Assembly (NCBI GenBank): GCA_944320675.1
Contig: CALUIJ010000110.1
Location: 1,019-65,018, forward strand
Length of the DNA stretch: 64,000 nucleotides
DNA from: an uncultured Prevotella sp.
GTDB lineage: Bacteria > Bacteroidota > Bacteroidia > Bacteroidales > Bacteroidaceae
Direction: 5' to 3'
A program made the translations under genes and the position numbers. Below are positions 30,542 through 39,924 of the stretch, piece after piece. The notes under the pieces were generated by a model that was not told the origin of the DNA, searched no databases, and saw nothing but the letters and a program-made list of their open reading frames with translations. Within the stretch, counting starts at the first letter, position 1. Every line of letters begins with the position of its first letter.

Positions 30542-31405
30542 ATGATTTTCAAGAAGAAAAGAAGATGGCACAGCCTGCCTGGGCAACCTCTTACGGAAAT
30601 GGACAAGCAGGTTATGTACTGGGAGAACAAAGGCAAGTTAGTGCCTACGCGCGAACTGATAAAGACACCCGAGCAGATAGAAGGCATACGCAAGAGCGGC
30701 GTGGTGAACAGCGGCGTGCTCGACGAAGTGGCGCGGCAAATACACGCAGGCATGAGCACGGAGGAAATAGACAGAATCTGCTATGACTACTGCACGGGGC
30801 ACGGAGCCGTGCCGGCATGCCTCAACTACGAGGGTTTCCCGAAAAGCGTGTGCACGAGCATAAACGAAGTGGTCTGCCACGGCATACCCAAGCCCACTGA
30901 CATACTGCAGGAAGGCGACATCGTGAACGTCGACTTCACTACGATACTCGACGGATACTACGCCGACGCCTCGCGCATGTTCATCATAGGCAAGACCACG
31001 CCCGAGAAGGAACAGCTCGTCCGCGTAACTAAAGAGTGCCTCGAGATAGGCGCCGAAGCGGCCAAGCCCTACGGATTCGTAGGCGACATTGGCCACGCCA
31101 TACAGAAGCACGCCGAGAAATACCACTACGGCATAGTGCGCGACCTATGCGGGCACGGCGTGGGCGTAGACTTCCACGAAGAACCCGAGGTGCTGCACTT
31201 CGGCCATAAGGGCACAGGCATGCTGCTCGTACCGGGAATGGTGTTCACCATCGAGCCGATGATAAACATGGGCACATGGAAAGTGTTCATCGACGCCGAC
31301 GACCCTTACGGCTGGGAAGTGATAACCGGCGACGAACAGCCGAGCGCCCAATGGGAGCACACGTTCCTCATGACGGAGCACGGCGTGGAGATTCTTTCAG
31401 CTTAA
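30542..31405 (+). CDS. map: Methionine aminopeptidase type I
   Basis: CTSINEVVCHGIP, GHGVG, FTIEPMIN, SAQWEHT; TACTTTTG -7 box at 30508. Confidence 0.96.
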   Translation: MIFKKKRRWHSLPGQPLTEMDKQVMYWENKGKLVPTRELIKTPEQIEGIRKSGVVNSGVLDEVARQIHAGMSTEEIDRICYDYCTGHGAVPACLNYEGFPKSVCTSINEVVCHGIPKPTDILQEGDIVNVDFTTILDGYYADASRMFIIGKTTPEKEQLVRVTKECLEIGAEAAKPYGFVGDIGHAIQKHAEKYHYGIVRDLCGHGVGVDFHEEPEVLHFGHKGTGMLLVPGMVFTIEPMINMGTWKVFIDADDPYGWEVITGDEQPSAQWEHTFLMTEHGVEILSA

Positions 31406-31409
31406 GAAC

Positions 31410-32453
31410 ATGGATTTAAGGAATACAATGGACGACATATATATATTAGGTATAGAAAGCAGCTGCGACGACACGTCGGCCGCCGTGTTAAGAAACGGCG
31501 TTCTGTTGAGCAACGTCACGGCATCGCAGGAAGTACACAAGGCTTACGGCGGCGTAGTGCCCGAACTGGCCTCGCGCGCCCACCAGCAGAACGTCGTGCC
31601 AGTGGTCGACCAGGCGCTTAAGCGCGCCGGGATAACCAAGGAACAACTGTCGGCCGTAGCCTTTACGCGCGGGCCCGGCCTTATGGGGTCGCTCCTCGTC
31701 GGCGTAAGCTTCGCGAAAGGCTTCGCCCGCTCGCTCGGCATTCCGCTGATAGACGTCAACCACCTGCAAGGTCACGTGATGGCCCACTTCATCAAGGAGA
31801 GCGACGACGACACGTCGGCCCCGCCGCTGCCGTTCATTTGCCTGCTGGTAAGCGGCGGCAACTCGCAGATAGTGAAAGTCAACGCCTACAACGACATGCA
31901 GGTGCTCGGACAGACGATAGACGACGCCGCAGGCGAAGCCATAGACAAATGCTCGAAAGTGATGGGCTTGGGATATCCCGGCGGCCCGATAATCGACCGG
32001 CTGGCGCGCCAGGGCAATCCGCACGCCTACAAGTTCTCCGAGCCGCACATACCCGGACTCGACTACAGCTTCAGCGGACTGAAAACGTCTTTCCTCTACA
32101 GCCTGCGCGAATGGGTAAAGGACGATCCCGACTTCATCGGGCACCATAAGGAAGACTTGGCCGCAAGCCTTGAGCACACCATAGTGGACATACTGATGAA
32201 GAAACTGAGACTCGCCGTAAAGCAGACAGGCATAATGCACGTGGCCGTGGCCGGAGGAGTGAGCGCGAACAACGGACTGCGCAACGCATTCCACGAGCAC
32301 GCCGAAAAATACGGTTGGACGATATACATACCGAAGTTCAGCTACACGACCGACAATGCCGCGATGATAGGCATAACGGGCTATTACAAATACTTGGACA
32401 AGGACTTCTGTCCGATAGACAAGCCCGCATTCTCAAAAGTAACCTTTAAATAA
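31410..32453 (+). CDS. tsaD: tRNA threonylcarbamoyltransferase TsaD (start may be 31428)
   Basis: LGIESSCDDT, GGVVPELASRAH, HLQGH, DDAAGEA, TDNAAMI. Confidence 0.96.
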   Translation: MDLRNTMDDIYILGIESSCDDTSAAVLRNGVLLSNVTASQEVHKAYGGVVPELASRAHQQNVVPVVDQALKRAGITKEQLSAVAFTRGPGLMGSLLVGVSFAKGFARSLGIPLIDVNHLQGHVMAHFIKESDDDTSAPPLPFICLLVSGGNSQIVKVNAYNDMQVLGQTIDDAAGEAIDKCSKVMGLGYPGGPIIDRLARQGNPHAYKFSEPHIPGLDYSFSGLKTSFLYSLREWVKDDPDFIGHHKEDLAASLEHTIVDILMKKLRLAVKQTGIMHVAVAGGVSANNGLRNAFHEHAEKYGWTIYIPKFSYTTDNAAMIGITGYYKYLDKDFCPIDKPAFSKVTFK

Positions 32454-32460
32454 TACAGAT

Positions 32461-32985
32461 ATGGATTTCGAGAACAAAATATTAAGTAAGGAGATAAGCC
32501 AGTTTATCTGGGAAAAGGGCAAAACGCTCGGCACGGCCGAAAGCTGCACGGGCGGACGCATAGCCGAGGCGATAATCCTGATGCCGGGAGCTTCAAACTA
32601 CTTCAAGGGCAGCATCGTGTCATACACGAACGAGATAAAGGAAAGCCTGCTCGGCGTAAGCCACGACGTGCTTGAAGAAAAAACCGCCGTATGCGAGGAA
32701 GTAGCCATAGAGATGGTAAAAGGCGCCATAAAAGCACTCAACGTAGACTACGCCATATCGGCAACGGGCATAGCCGGCCCGGCAGGAGGCACCCACGAAA
32801 TACCGGTCGGCACGATATGGATCGCCTGCGGAAACACGGACGACATCGTAACGCTGAAGCTGCAGGAAGACAAGGGGCGCGACCTCAACCTGGCCAACGC
32901 CACCACACAGGCCTTGCAGCTATTCTTGAACTACCTGACGGAACGCCTTAAGACAGAAGAACCTGAGGACGGAACACTGATATGA
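32461..32985 (+). CDS. CinA C-terminal domain protein (NMN deamidase, PncC-like)
   Basis: AESCTGG, TGIAGP, PVGTIW. Confidence 0.88.
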   Translation: MDFENKILSKEISQFIWEKGKTLGTAESCTGGRIAEAIILMPGASNYFKGSIVSYTNEIKESLLGVSHDVLEEKTAVCEEVAIEMVKGAIKALNVDYAISATGIAGPAGGTHEIPVGTIWIACGNTDDIVTLKLQEDKGRDLNLANATTQALQLFLNYLTERLKTEEPEDGTLI

Positions 32986-33055
32986 AACCGTTGCCGCATG
33001 CGCCCATGCAAAGATTCATAAAAAATTTTAAATAAGACATTATCCACTCAAATAT

Positions 33056-33086
33056 TTTGATTATTCGGGAAAAGTTAGTAATTTTG
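33056..33086 (+). promoter_or_regulatory. Promoter of rpmB-rpmG
   Basis: TTTG (33056) then 19 nt then TAATTTTG (33079). Confidence 0.7.
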
Positions 33087-33136
33087 CACTCTGTTTGGAA
33101 TAAGCATCAAAATTAAAACAAAAAAGGTAGATAGCA

Positions 33137-33400
33137 ATGTCGAAGATTTGTCAAATAACAGGTAAAAAAGCCCAAATAGGAAATAACGTATCACACTCAA
33201 AACACCGCACGAAACGCAGTTTTGACGTTAACCTCTTTAGGAAGAAGTTTTACTATGTAGAGGAGCAGTGCTGGATCAGCTTGAAGATAAGCGCCGCAGG
33301 CCTGCGTCTTATTAACAAGGTAGGCCTTGACGCCGCCCTGAAGCAGGCTGTGTCAAAAGGCTACTGTGATTGGAAAGAGATTAAAGTTATAGGAGAATAA
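33137..33400 (+). CDS. rpmB: 50S ribosomal protein L28
   Basis: [10 protein letters not shown]...GNNVSHS. Confidence 0.96.
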   Translation: MSKICQITGKKAQIGNNVSHSKHRTKRSFDVNLFRKKFYYVEEQCWISLKISAAGLRLINKVGLDAALKQAVSKGYCDWKEIKVIGE

Positions 33401-33405
33401 CCACA

Positions 33406-33594
33406 ATGGCAAAGAAGGCAAAAGGCAACAGGGTTCAGGTGGTGTTGGAGTGCACGGAAATGAAGAACAGCGGTCTGCCCGGCACAAGCCGTTACGTAAC
33501 GACCAAGAACCGTAAGAACACACCTGAGAGAATGGAACTGATGAAGTATAACCCCATCTTGAAGAAGATGACTCTTCATAAGGAAATTAAATAA
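33406..33594 (+). CDS. rpmG: 50S ribosomal protein L33
   Basis: [20 protein letters not shown]. Confidence 0.96.
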   Translation: MAKKAKGNRVQVVLECTEMKNSGLPGTSRYVTTKNRKNTPERMELMKYNPILKKMTLHKEIK

Positions 33595-33613
33595 CAATAA
33601 AAACGCTTAGACA

Positions 33614-33772
33614 ATGGCAAAGAAAACCGTCGCTACCCTCCACGAAGGCTCAAAGGATGGTCGCGCTTACACAAAGGTTATCAAGATGGTAAAAAGCCCC
33701 AAGACCGGTGCTTACATCTTTGACGAGCAGATGGTGCCCAACGAGGCAGTTAAGGATTTCTTCAAGAATTAA
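33614..33772 (+). CDS. DUF4295-family small protein (52 aa, absent from the ORF track)
   Basis: Translated by hand: MAKKTVATLHEGSKDGRAYTKVIKMVKSPKTGAYIFDEQMVPNEAVKDFFKN; usual position after rpmG in Bacteroidetes. Confidence 0.88.
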   Translation: MAKKTVATLHEGSKDGRAYTKVIKMVKSPKTGAYIFDEQMVPNEAVKDFFKN

Positions 33773-33792
33773 TTCCACGAAATGACGATATT

Positions 33793-33826
33793 AAAAAGGC
33801 CGCAATGAATTTTGCGGCCTTTTTTT
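33793..33826 (+). terminator. Rho-independent terminator
   Basis: AAAAAGGCCGCAA / TTGCGGCCTTTTT. Confidence 0.85.
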
Positions 33827-33874
33827 GTAAATGTGAGTTCTTTTTACTAATTTTGTAGCAAAATATAAAAGGAT

Positions 33875-34834
33875 ATGGGATTATTCGGATTATTCAACAA
33901 GAACAAGAAAGAAACACTAGACAAAGGTCTTGAGAAAACCAAGCAAAGCGTTTTCTCGAAAATAGCAAGGGCCGTTGCAGGCAAATCCAAAGTTGACGAT
34001 GACGTTCTTGACAATCTTGAAGAGGTGCTCATCACTTCAGACGTAGGTGTCGACACCACATTGAAAATCATACAACGCATAGAAGAGCGCGTGGCAAGGG
34101 ACAAATACGTATCCGTGTCAGAGCTTAACGGCATATTGCGCGACGAGATTGCCGCACTGCTTACAGAAAATAATTCCATAGACAACGACAACTGGGATTT
34201 ACCGTCCGACCACTCGCCTTACGTCATACTCGTAGTAGGAGTAAACGGTGTCGGCAAAACGACCACGATAGGCAAACTGGCGTACCAGTTCAAGAAGGCG
34301 GGAAAGAAAGTTTATCTCGGCGCGGCCGACACGTTCCGCGCGGCCGCCGTCGAACAGTTGTGCATTTGGGGCGAGCGTGTAGGCGTACCCGTAGTGAAGC
34401 AGCAAATGGGGTCAGACCCTGCGAGCGTGGCTTTCGACACGCTGAACTCGGCCAAAGCCAACGGTGCCGACGTAGTGCTGATAGACACGGCCGGAAGGCT
34501 CCACAATAAAGTCGGCCTGATGAACGAGCTTAAGAAAATCAAAGACGTTATGAAGAAAGTCATTCCACAAGCCCCTGACGAAGTGCTCCTCGTACTCGAC
34601 GGCTCGACGGGGCAAAACGCCTTTGAACAAGCCAAGCAGTTCTCGGCCGTGACACAAATAACAAGCCTGGCCATAACGAAGCTTGACGGAACGGCAAAAG
34701 GAGGCGTGGTAATCGGAATATCCGACCAGCTGAAAGTTCCGGTGAAATACATCGGACTTGGAGAAAAGATGGAAGACCTGCAACTTTTCAACAAGACACA
34801 ATTCGTAGACTCACTCTTTAATACGGGAAAGTGA
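33875..34834 (+). CDS. ftsY: SRP receptor FtsY
   Basis: GVNGVGKTTTIGKLA, DTFRAAA, DTAGR, TKLDGTAKGG. Confidence 0.97.
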   Translation: MGLFGLFNKNKKETLDKGLEKTKQSVFSKIARAVAGKSKVDDDVLDNLEEVLITSDVGVDTTLKIIQRIEERVARDKYVSVSELNGILRDEIAALLTENNSIDNDNWDLPSDHSPYVILVVGVNGVGKTTTIGKLAYQFKKAGKKVYLGAADTFRAAAVEQLCIWGERVGVPVVKQQMGSDPASVAFDTLNSAKANGADVVLIDTAGRLHNKVGLMNELKKIKDVMKKVIPQAPDEVLLVLDGSTGQNAFEQAKQFSAVTQITSLAITKLDGTAKGGVVIGISDQLKVPVKYIGLGEKMEDLQLFNKTQFVDSLFNTGK

Positions 34835-36129
34835 AAAAGAACCAGATTGACTTCATAACCCTCGGATGCTCGAAAAACCTCGTTGACAGCGAGATATTGA
34901 TGAAACAGTTCGAGGCCAACGGATATAAATGCACGCACGACAGCAAGAACCCGCAAGGCGAGATTGCCGTAATAAACACATGTGGATTCATAGGCGACGC
35001 GAAAGAGGAAAGCATAAACACCATACTTGAATTCGCCGACGCAAAAGAGAAAGGCCGTCTGAAAAAACTCTTCGTCATGGGGTGCCTCTCACAAAGGTAC
35101 AAGGCCGAACTTGAAAAAGAGATACCACAAGTTGACAAGTATTACGGCAAATTCGACTACAAACAGTTATTGGCCGACCTCGGAAAGGCGGAAGTGCCTT
35201 CATGCTACGGCAAAAGGACATTGACGACGCCGCGCCATTACGCATATATAAAGATAAGCGAAGGATGCGACCGCCACTGCGCCTACTGCGCCATACCTCT
35301 GATAACAGGGCAGCATGCCAGCCGTCCTAAGGACGAGATTCTCAATGAAGTCAGGGAACTTGTCGGCAATGGCGTTAAGGAATTCCAGATAATCGCCCAA
35401 GAGCTGACATATTACGGTATCGACATCGACGGCAAGCGTCACATTGCCGACTTGGTGGCGGAAATGGCCGACATCCCCGGAGTAAAATGGATCCGCCTGC
35501 ATTACGCCTACCCCACCCAATTCCCGTTTGAGTTGCTTGACGTGATACGCGAAAAGGAAAACGTATGCAAATATATCGACATCGCCTTGCAACACATCTC
35601 GGACAACATGCTTTCGGCCATGAGACGGCACACGACAAAAGCCGAGACGTACGACCTGATAAAACGGATCAGGAAGGAAGTGCCCGGCATACACATCCGC
35701 ACGACATTGATGGTAGGATTCCCAGGAGAAAGCGACGAGGACTTCAACGAACTTATGGAATTCACAAGATGGGCCAGGTTTGAGCGCATGGGGGCATTTG
35801 CCTATTCTGAAGAAGAAGGTACGTACAGTGCAATAAATTACGAAGACGGCATAAGCCCGGAAACAAAACAGGAACGCCTTGACCGCCTGATGGCTTTGCA
35901 ACAGGAAATAAGCTCGGAAATAGCAGCGTCAAAGATCGGCAAGGAATATAAAGTAATAATTGACAGGAAAGAAGGCGACTTCTATGTAGGACGCACCGAA
36001 TTCAGTTCGCCGGAAGTCGACCCCGAAGTCCTGATTCCTGCTACGGGAAGACGGTTGCGCACCGGAAGTTTTTATAATGTGAAAATAACCGATGCCGAAG
36101 AATTTGACTTATACGGCTCCGTCATTTAA
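34831..36129 (+). CDS. rimO: Ribosomal protein S12 methylthiotransferase RimO
   Basis: LGCSKNLVDSE, radical-SAM CDRHCAYC, C-terminal TRAM domain; GTG start. Confidence 0.95.
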   Translation: MKKNQIDFITLGCSKNLVDSEILMKQFEANGYKCTHDSKNPQGEIAVINTCGFIGDAKEESINTILEFADAKEKGRLKKLFVMGCLSQRYKAELEKEIPQVDKYYGKFDYKQLLADLGKAEVPSCYGKRTLTTPRHYAYIKISEGCDRHCAYCAIPLITGQHASRPKDEILNEVRELVGNGVKEFQIIAQELTYYGIDIDGKRHIADLVAEMADIPGVKWIRLHYAYPTQFPFELLDVIREKENVCKYIDIALQHISDNMLSAMRRHTTKAETYDLIKRIRKEVPGIHIRTTLMVGFPGESDEDFNELMEFTRWARFERMGAFAYSEEEGTYSAINYEDGISPETKQERLDRLMALQQEISSEIAASKIGKEYKVIIDRKEGDFYVGRTEFSSPEVDPEVLIPATGRRLRTGSFYNVKITDAEEFDLYGSVI

Positions 36130-36172
36130 AACATGCATTCTGGAAAATACATTTAGCGGAATTTATATAAAG

Positions 36173-36460
36173 ATGAACAACAAGGCTTTCATTTCCGAAT
36201 TGTCACAAAGATTGGGCTACACGCTTGACGACACGCAAAAAATGGTTAACACGGTCATTGATTCAATGAACGACGCATTCATTGGGGGGGATGTCGTATC
36301 CATACCTAAATTCGGAACATTCGAGGTCAAGAAGCGCTTGGAACGCATTGTGGTAAATCCCGGTACGAAACAACGCATGCTCGTACCGCCCAAATTGGTC
36401 CTTAATTTCAAACCTATAGCCGCCATCAAAGAAAAACTAAAGAACGGAGGACAAGCCTAA
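36173..36460 (+). CDS. HU family DNA-binding protein
   Basis: MNNKAFISEL, FGTFEV, VNPGT, FKP; start at ATG 36173. Confidence 0.9.
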   Translation: MNNKAFISELSQRLGYTLDDTQKMVNTVIDSMNDAFIGGDVVSIPKFGTFEVKKRLERIVVNPGTKQRMLVPPKLVLNFKPIAAIKEKLKNGGQA

Positions 36461-37743
36461 TGGCTAAAGTTTCGATTCAAGACATAGCAAAAGCAATCGC
36501 AGGGAAGCACGGTTTGTCACAAAACGATGCTGAGAAATTTGTTGCCGCTCTCTTCGACATCATCAACGAAGGCCTACATAAGGAAAAAATCGTAAAAGTA
36601 AAAGGCCTTGGCACATTCAAGGTCATAGACGTTCGCGAACGCGAAAGCGTAAACGTAAATACGGGAGAACGCGTGGTGATAGAAAGCCATGGAAAGATAA
36701 CGTTCACTCCCGACCCGATAATGCGCGACCTCGTCAACAAGCCGTTCGCCCAATTTGAGACCGTAGTCATAAACGAAGGCGTTGATTTGGACGAAATGAG
36801 CAAAATCCAAGAAGACAACGACGAAACAGAACCGGAAAACACTATCGACAACAGCGAACAAGAAAAAAACGAAATTGAGGATTTCAAGAATACAGACGAT
36901 ACCGGCACAACCGGGGACAAGGAACAAGATATAGAAACAAAACCGACCGAAAGTCCGACAACGACGGAACATATCAACATATCGGAACAAGAAACCATAG
37001 ACACGGAACAGTATCAGCCTGAATTTTTAATCGAAGAAACAACCGAGCGACAAAATGAACACGAGGAACCTATAATCGAAAAACAGCCAATCGCCACCCT
37101 GAGCCAAGAAGAAAACGAAGAAAACACAGAAAAAGACATTGAGGAAGAAACACCTGAGGAGGCCACGCCCCAACAGGAACAAGGCCATACCAATGCCACA
37201 AAAGACGAATTGCCACAAAAAGTTAGCGAAAACGCAAAAACTCTTCAGATAACGCAAGGCAAATGGGCACTATTGCTGATTTCAGGACTGCTTTTCGGAG
37301 CAATAATGCTGATAATCGGGTATTATTGGGGCGTAAGTTCTGTCGGGCCAATAGTAAGATATAAAACAGTTCACATCATCAGCGAACCAACGTCGACAGT
37401 CGTTGAAAAAGATACATTGCACATAATCGACACAACATCGGCACAAAAAAACAATGTAGTGAAAACCGAAAAAGAGGCAACAAAAGAAATAAAAACGCCA
37501 CCAACAAGCCACAACAACGATGAATTGACAACGGCAAACGCAATGGTAAGAACTGGCGCTTACAAGATTACGGGAACAGCCAAGACAGTAACAGTAAAGA
37601 AAGGTGAGACATTAAGCAAAATATCGAAATTCTACCTTGGTGACGGTATGGAATGCTACATTCAAGTACACAACGGCATAACCGAGGTAAAAGAAGGTAT
37701 GAAACTTAAAATACCCAAACTTGAAATAAAAAAGAAGCGATAA
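36460..37743 (+). CDS. HU-domain membrane protein with acidic linker and C-terminal LysM-like domain
   Basis: N-terminal HU fold (GLGTFKV...NVNTGE...FTP), E/T-rich linker, one TM helix, TVKKGETLSKISKFY. Confidence 0.85.
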   Translation: MAKVSIQDIAKAIAGKHGLSQNDAEKFVAALFDIINEGLHKEKIVKVKGLGTFKVIDVRERESVNVNTGERVVIESHGKITFTPDPIMRDLVNKPFAQFETVVINEGVDLDEMSKIQEDNDETEPENTIDNSEQEKNEIEDFKNTDDTGTTGDKEQDIETKPTESPTTTEHINISEQETIDTEQYQPEFLIEETTERQNEHEEPIIEKQPIATLSQEENEENTEKDIEEETPEEATPQQEQGHTNATKDELPQKVSENAKTLQITQGKWALLLISGLLFGAIMLIIGYYWGVSSVGPIVRYKTVHIISEPTSTVVEKDTLHIIDTTSAQKNNVVKTEKEATKEIKTPPTSHNNDELTTANAMVRTGAYKITGTAKTVTVKKGETLSKISKFYLGDGMECYIQVHNGITEVKEGMKLKIPKLEIKKKR

Positions 37744-37821
37744 CCATTAAAAGCCCAAAGTCATGATATTTGGACTTTCGCCAAAACGCTCTATCCAATG
37801 ACTCAGCCAACGAAGCAGCGC

Positions 37822-39072
37822 ATGAAGAAAACAATATTTTCAATATTACTCATTATCCTATCAGTAAATACGTATGGGCAAAGGAACGAGATTTACGACA
37901 AGGGCATAGCTTCATTGCAAGTCGTTGCCGGCCAAAACTGGATGTCGTTACCTATAATTAAATTGGGAAGCCATAGTCCTAATGACATAATACATATTAG
38001 TTTTGACGATCTTACGCATGCTTACCACAGATATACATACAAAATCGAGCACTGCGAAGCTGATTGGACCGTATCCGACCAACTTTTCCCGAGCGATTTC
38101 ATTGAAGGATTCCAAGAAGGCAACACCATTGAAAACTACGAGGAATCAATAAACACAAACATTCTTTACACTCATTACAAGCTACAAATCCCGAACAGGT
38201 CGTGCAGCCTGAAAATGAGCGGCAATTACAAACTTACAGTATATGACGAAAACGACGGCAACCGCCCTATATTCACCGCATGTTTCATGGTTGTAGAACC
38301 TGCCATGGGCGTACAACTGAGCGTAACGTCGAACACGGACATCGACATAAACAAAGCCCACCAACAGGTTTCGATGCAAGTGAATTACGGAACAACTAAC
38401 GTGACAGACCCTACCACTCAAATTAAAACGGTGATAATGCAGAACAGACGTTGGGATAACGTCCGAAGCAACCCACAACCACAATATATCATGCCTGACG
38501 GACTCAAATGGGAACACAACCGCGACCTGATATTCCAAGCCGGCAATGAATATCACAAATACGAGATTCTTGACGTGTCGCATCCGACAATGGGAATCGA
38601 CCGCATAATCTGGGACGGTACGAACTACCAAGCATACCCTTTCGCCTGCGACCCTCGTCCAAACTATGTGTATGACGAGGATGCGAACGGAGCCTTTTAC
38701 ATCAGGAACAGTGACAATATAGAAAACGACATTTCATCAGAATACGTTTACGTGAACTATGTCCTCAACGTTCCACAACAAGTTGACGGAGATGTTTACA
38801 TTAACGGAGCATGGACGAACGACCAATTTACCCCCGAATACAAAATGGAATTTGATGCCGTAAACAATTGTTATACTGCGAACATCCTGCAGAAACAAGG
38901 TTACTATTCATACCAGTTCGTCATGCTCGACCGTAACGGTATCAGTAGCGTCGTACCGTCAGACGGTTGTTTCTATCAAACAGAAAACACATATCAGGCA
39001 CTCGTCTACTATAGAGGCAGAAGCGAGCGTACGGACAGGCTCGTAGGATACCAACAGGTTCAAATCAAATGA
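37822..39072 (+). CDS. DUF5103-family secreted protein
   Basis: Signal peptide MKKTIFS..., HCEADW, YTHYKL, SGNY, KQGYYSY, TENTY. Confidence 0.75.
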   Translation: MKKTIFSILLIILSVNTYGQRNEIYDKGIASLQVVAGQNWMSLPIIKLGSHSPNDIIHISFDDLTHAYHRYTYKIEHCEADWTVSDQLFPSDFIEGFQEGNTIENYEESINTNILYTHYKLQIPNRSCSLKMSGNYKLTVYDENDGNRPIFTACFMVVEPAMGVQLSVTSNTDIDINKAHQQVSMQVNYGTTNVTDPTTQIKTVIMQNRRWDNVRSNPQPQYIMPDGLKWEHNRDLIFQAGNEYHKYEILDVSHPTMGIDRIIWDGTNYQAYPFACDPRPNYVYDEDANGAFYIRNSDNIENDISSEYVYVNYVLNVPQQVDGDVYINGAWTNDQFTPEYKMEFDAVNNCYTANILQKQGYYSYQFVMLDRNGISSVVPSDGCFYQTENTYQALVYYRGRSERTDRLVGYQQVQIK

Positions 39073-39106
39073 ATGATTCATTAACATCCGTTGCTGCCGC
39101 CCGCGC

Positions 39107-39841
39107 CTACTCGCTTATATTGAAATAATCTTCAAGTTCCTTTTCCGCACTATTGTCCACATTCTGCAAATCCTTGATGATTTTTCCATTTTCAAGCAAG
39201 GCTATACGGCTTGACACATCAACCGTATGAGTCAGGTTATGACTGCTGATCAATATCGTTGCGCCTGTTTGGGAATTATAATCTTCAAGAATATGCTTAA
39301 GCACGTTTTGGCTCGTAGGATCAAGGAAATTAAAAGGCTCGTCAAGTATAAGAAGCCGAGGGCGGTTGATCAGGGCCGATACGATTCCTATTTTTTGCTT
39401 GTTACCGGCTGAAAAATTGCGTATAAGCTTCTTCTGACCAAGTATTTCACCATTCATGAAATGCTCAAAAGACGATATGCGGTCGGCCGTATCCTGCAAG
39501 GAAAGGCCGTTAACCTTTCCGATAAACTGGAAATATTCCTCAGGCGTAAGAAAATCTATCAAAAAGCCCTCATCGATATATGCACCGGTCGACACTTTCC
39601 AATCCTCTGACTTTGCAGGATCTATCTCTTCCTCATTTCCGTCCTGACGTCGTAAACGCATGAAGATATTACCACCATCGGCCTTTATCAAATCAAGCAG
39701 AAGACGGAACAACGTCGTCTTTCCAGCCCCATTGTTGCCGACAAGCCCCAGCACGTCACCGTCGTTTACAATGAAATCCGGAATGTCGACGGCCGTCTTG
39801 TCACCAAACATTTTTTTCAAGTCGGATATTCTTATACGCAT
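39107..39841 (-). CDS. ABC transporter ATP-binding protein
   Basis: GNNGAGKTT, FSAGNKQK, LDEPF, SSH. Confidence 0.92.
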   Translation of the reverse strand: MRIRISDLKKMFGDKTAVDIPDFIVNDGDVLGLVGNNGAGKTTLFRLLLDLIKADGGNIFMRLRRQDGNEEEIDPAKSEDWKVSTGAYIDEGFLIDFLTPEEYFQFIGKVNGLSLQDTADRISSFEHFMNGEILGQKKLIRNFSAGNKQKIGIVSALINRPRLLILDEPFNFLDPTSQNVLKHILEDYNSQTGATILISSHNLTHTVDVSSRIALLENGKIIKDLQNVDNSAEKELEDYFNISE

Positions 39842-39857
39842 GGCATATCTTTTTATA

Positions 39858-39924
39858 AATTAAAAATTAAGAGTTAAGAATCAACGGCATGCCTGATTCC
39901 TAACTCTTAATCCTTGACTAATTA
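39858..39924. repeat. Heptamer-armed hairpin, copy 4 (secA-ABC ATPase)
   Basis: AATTAAG AGTTAAG AATCA / TGATT CCTAACT CTTAATC; ends at the secA stop codon. Confidence 0.82.
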
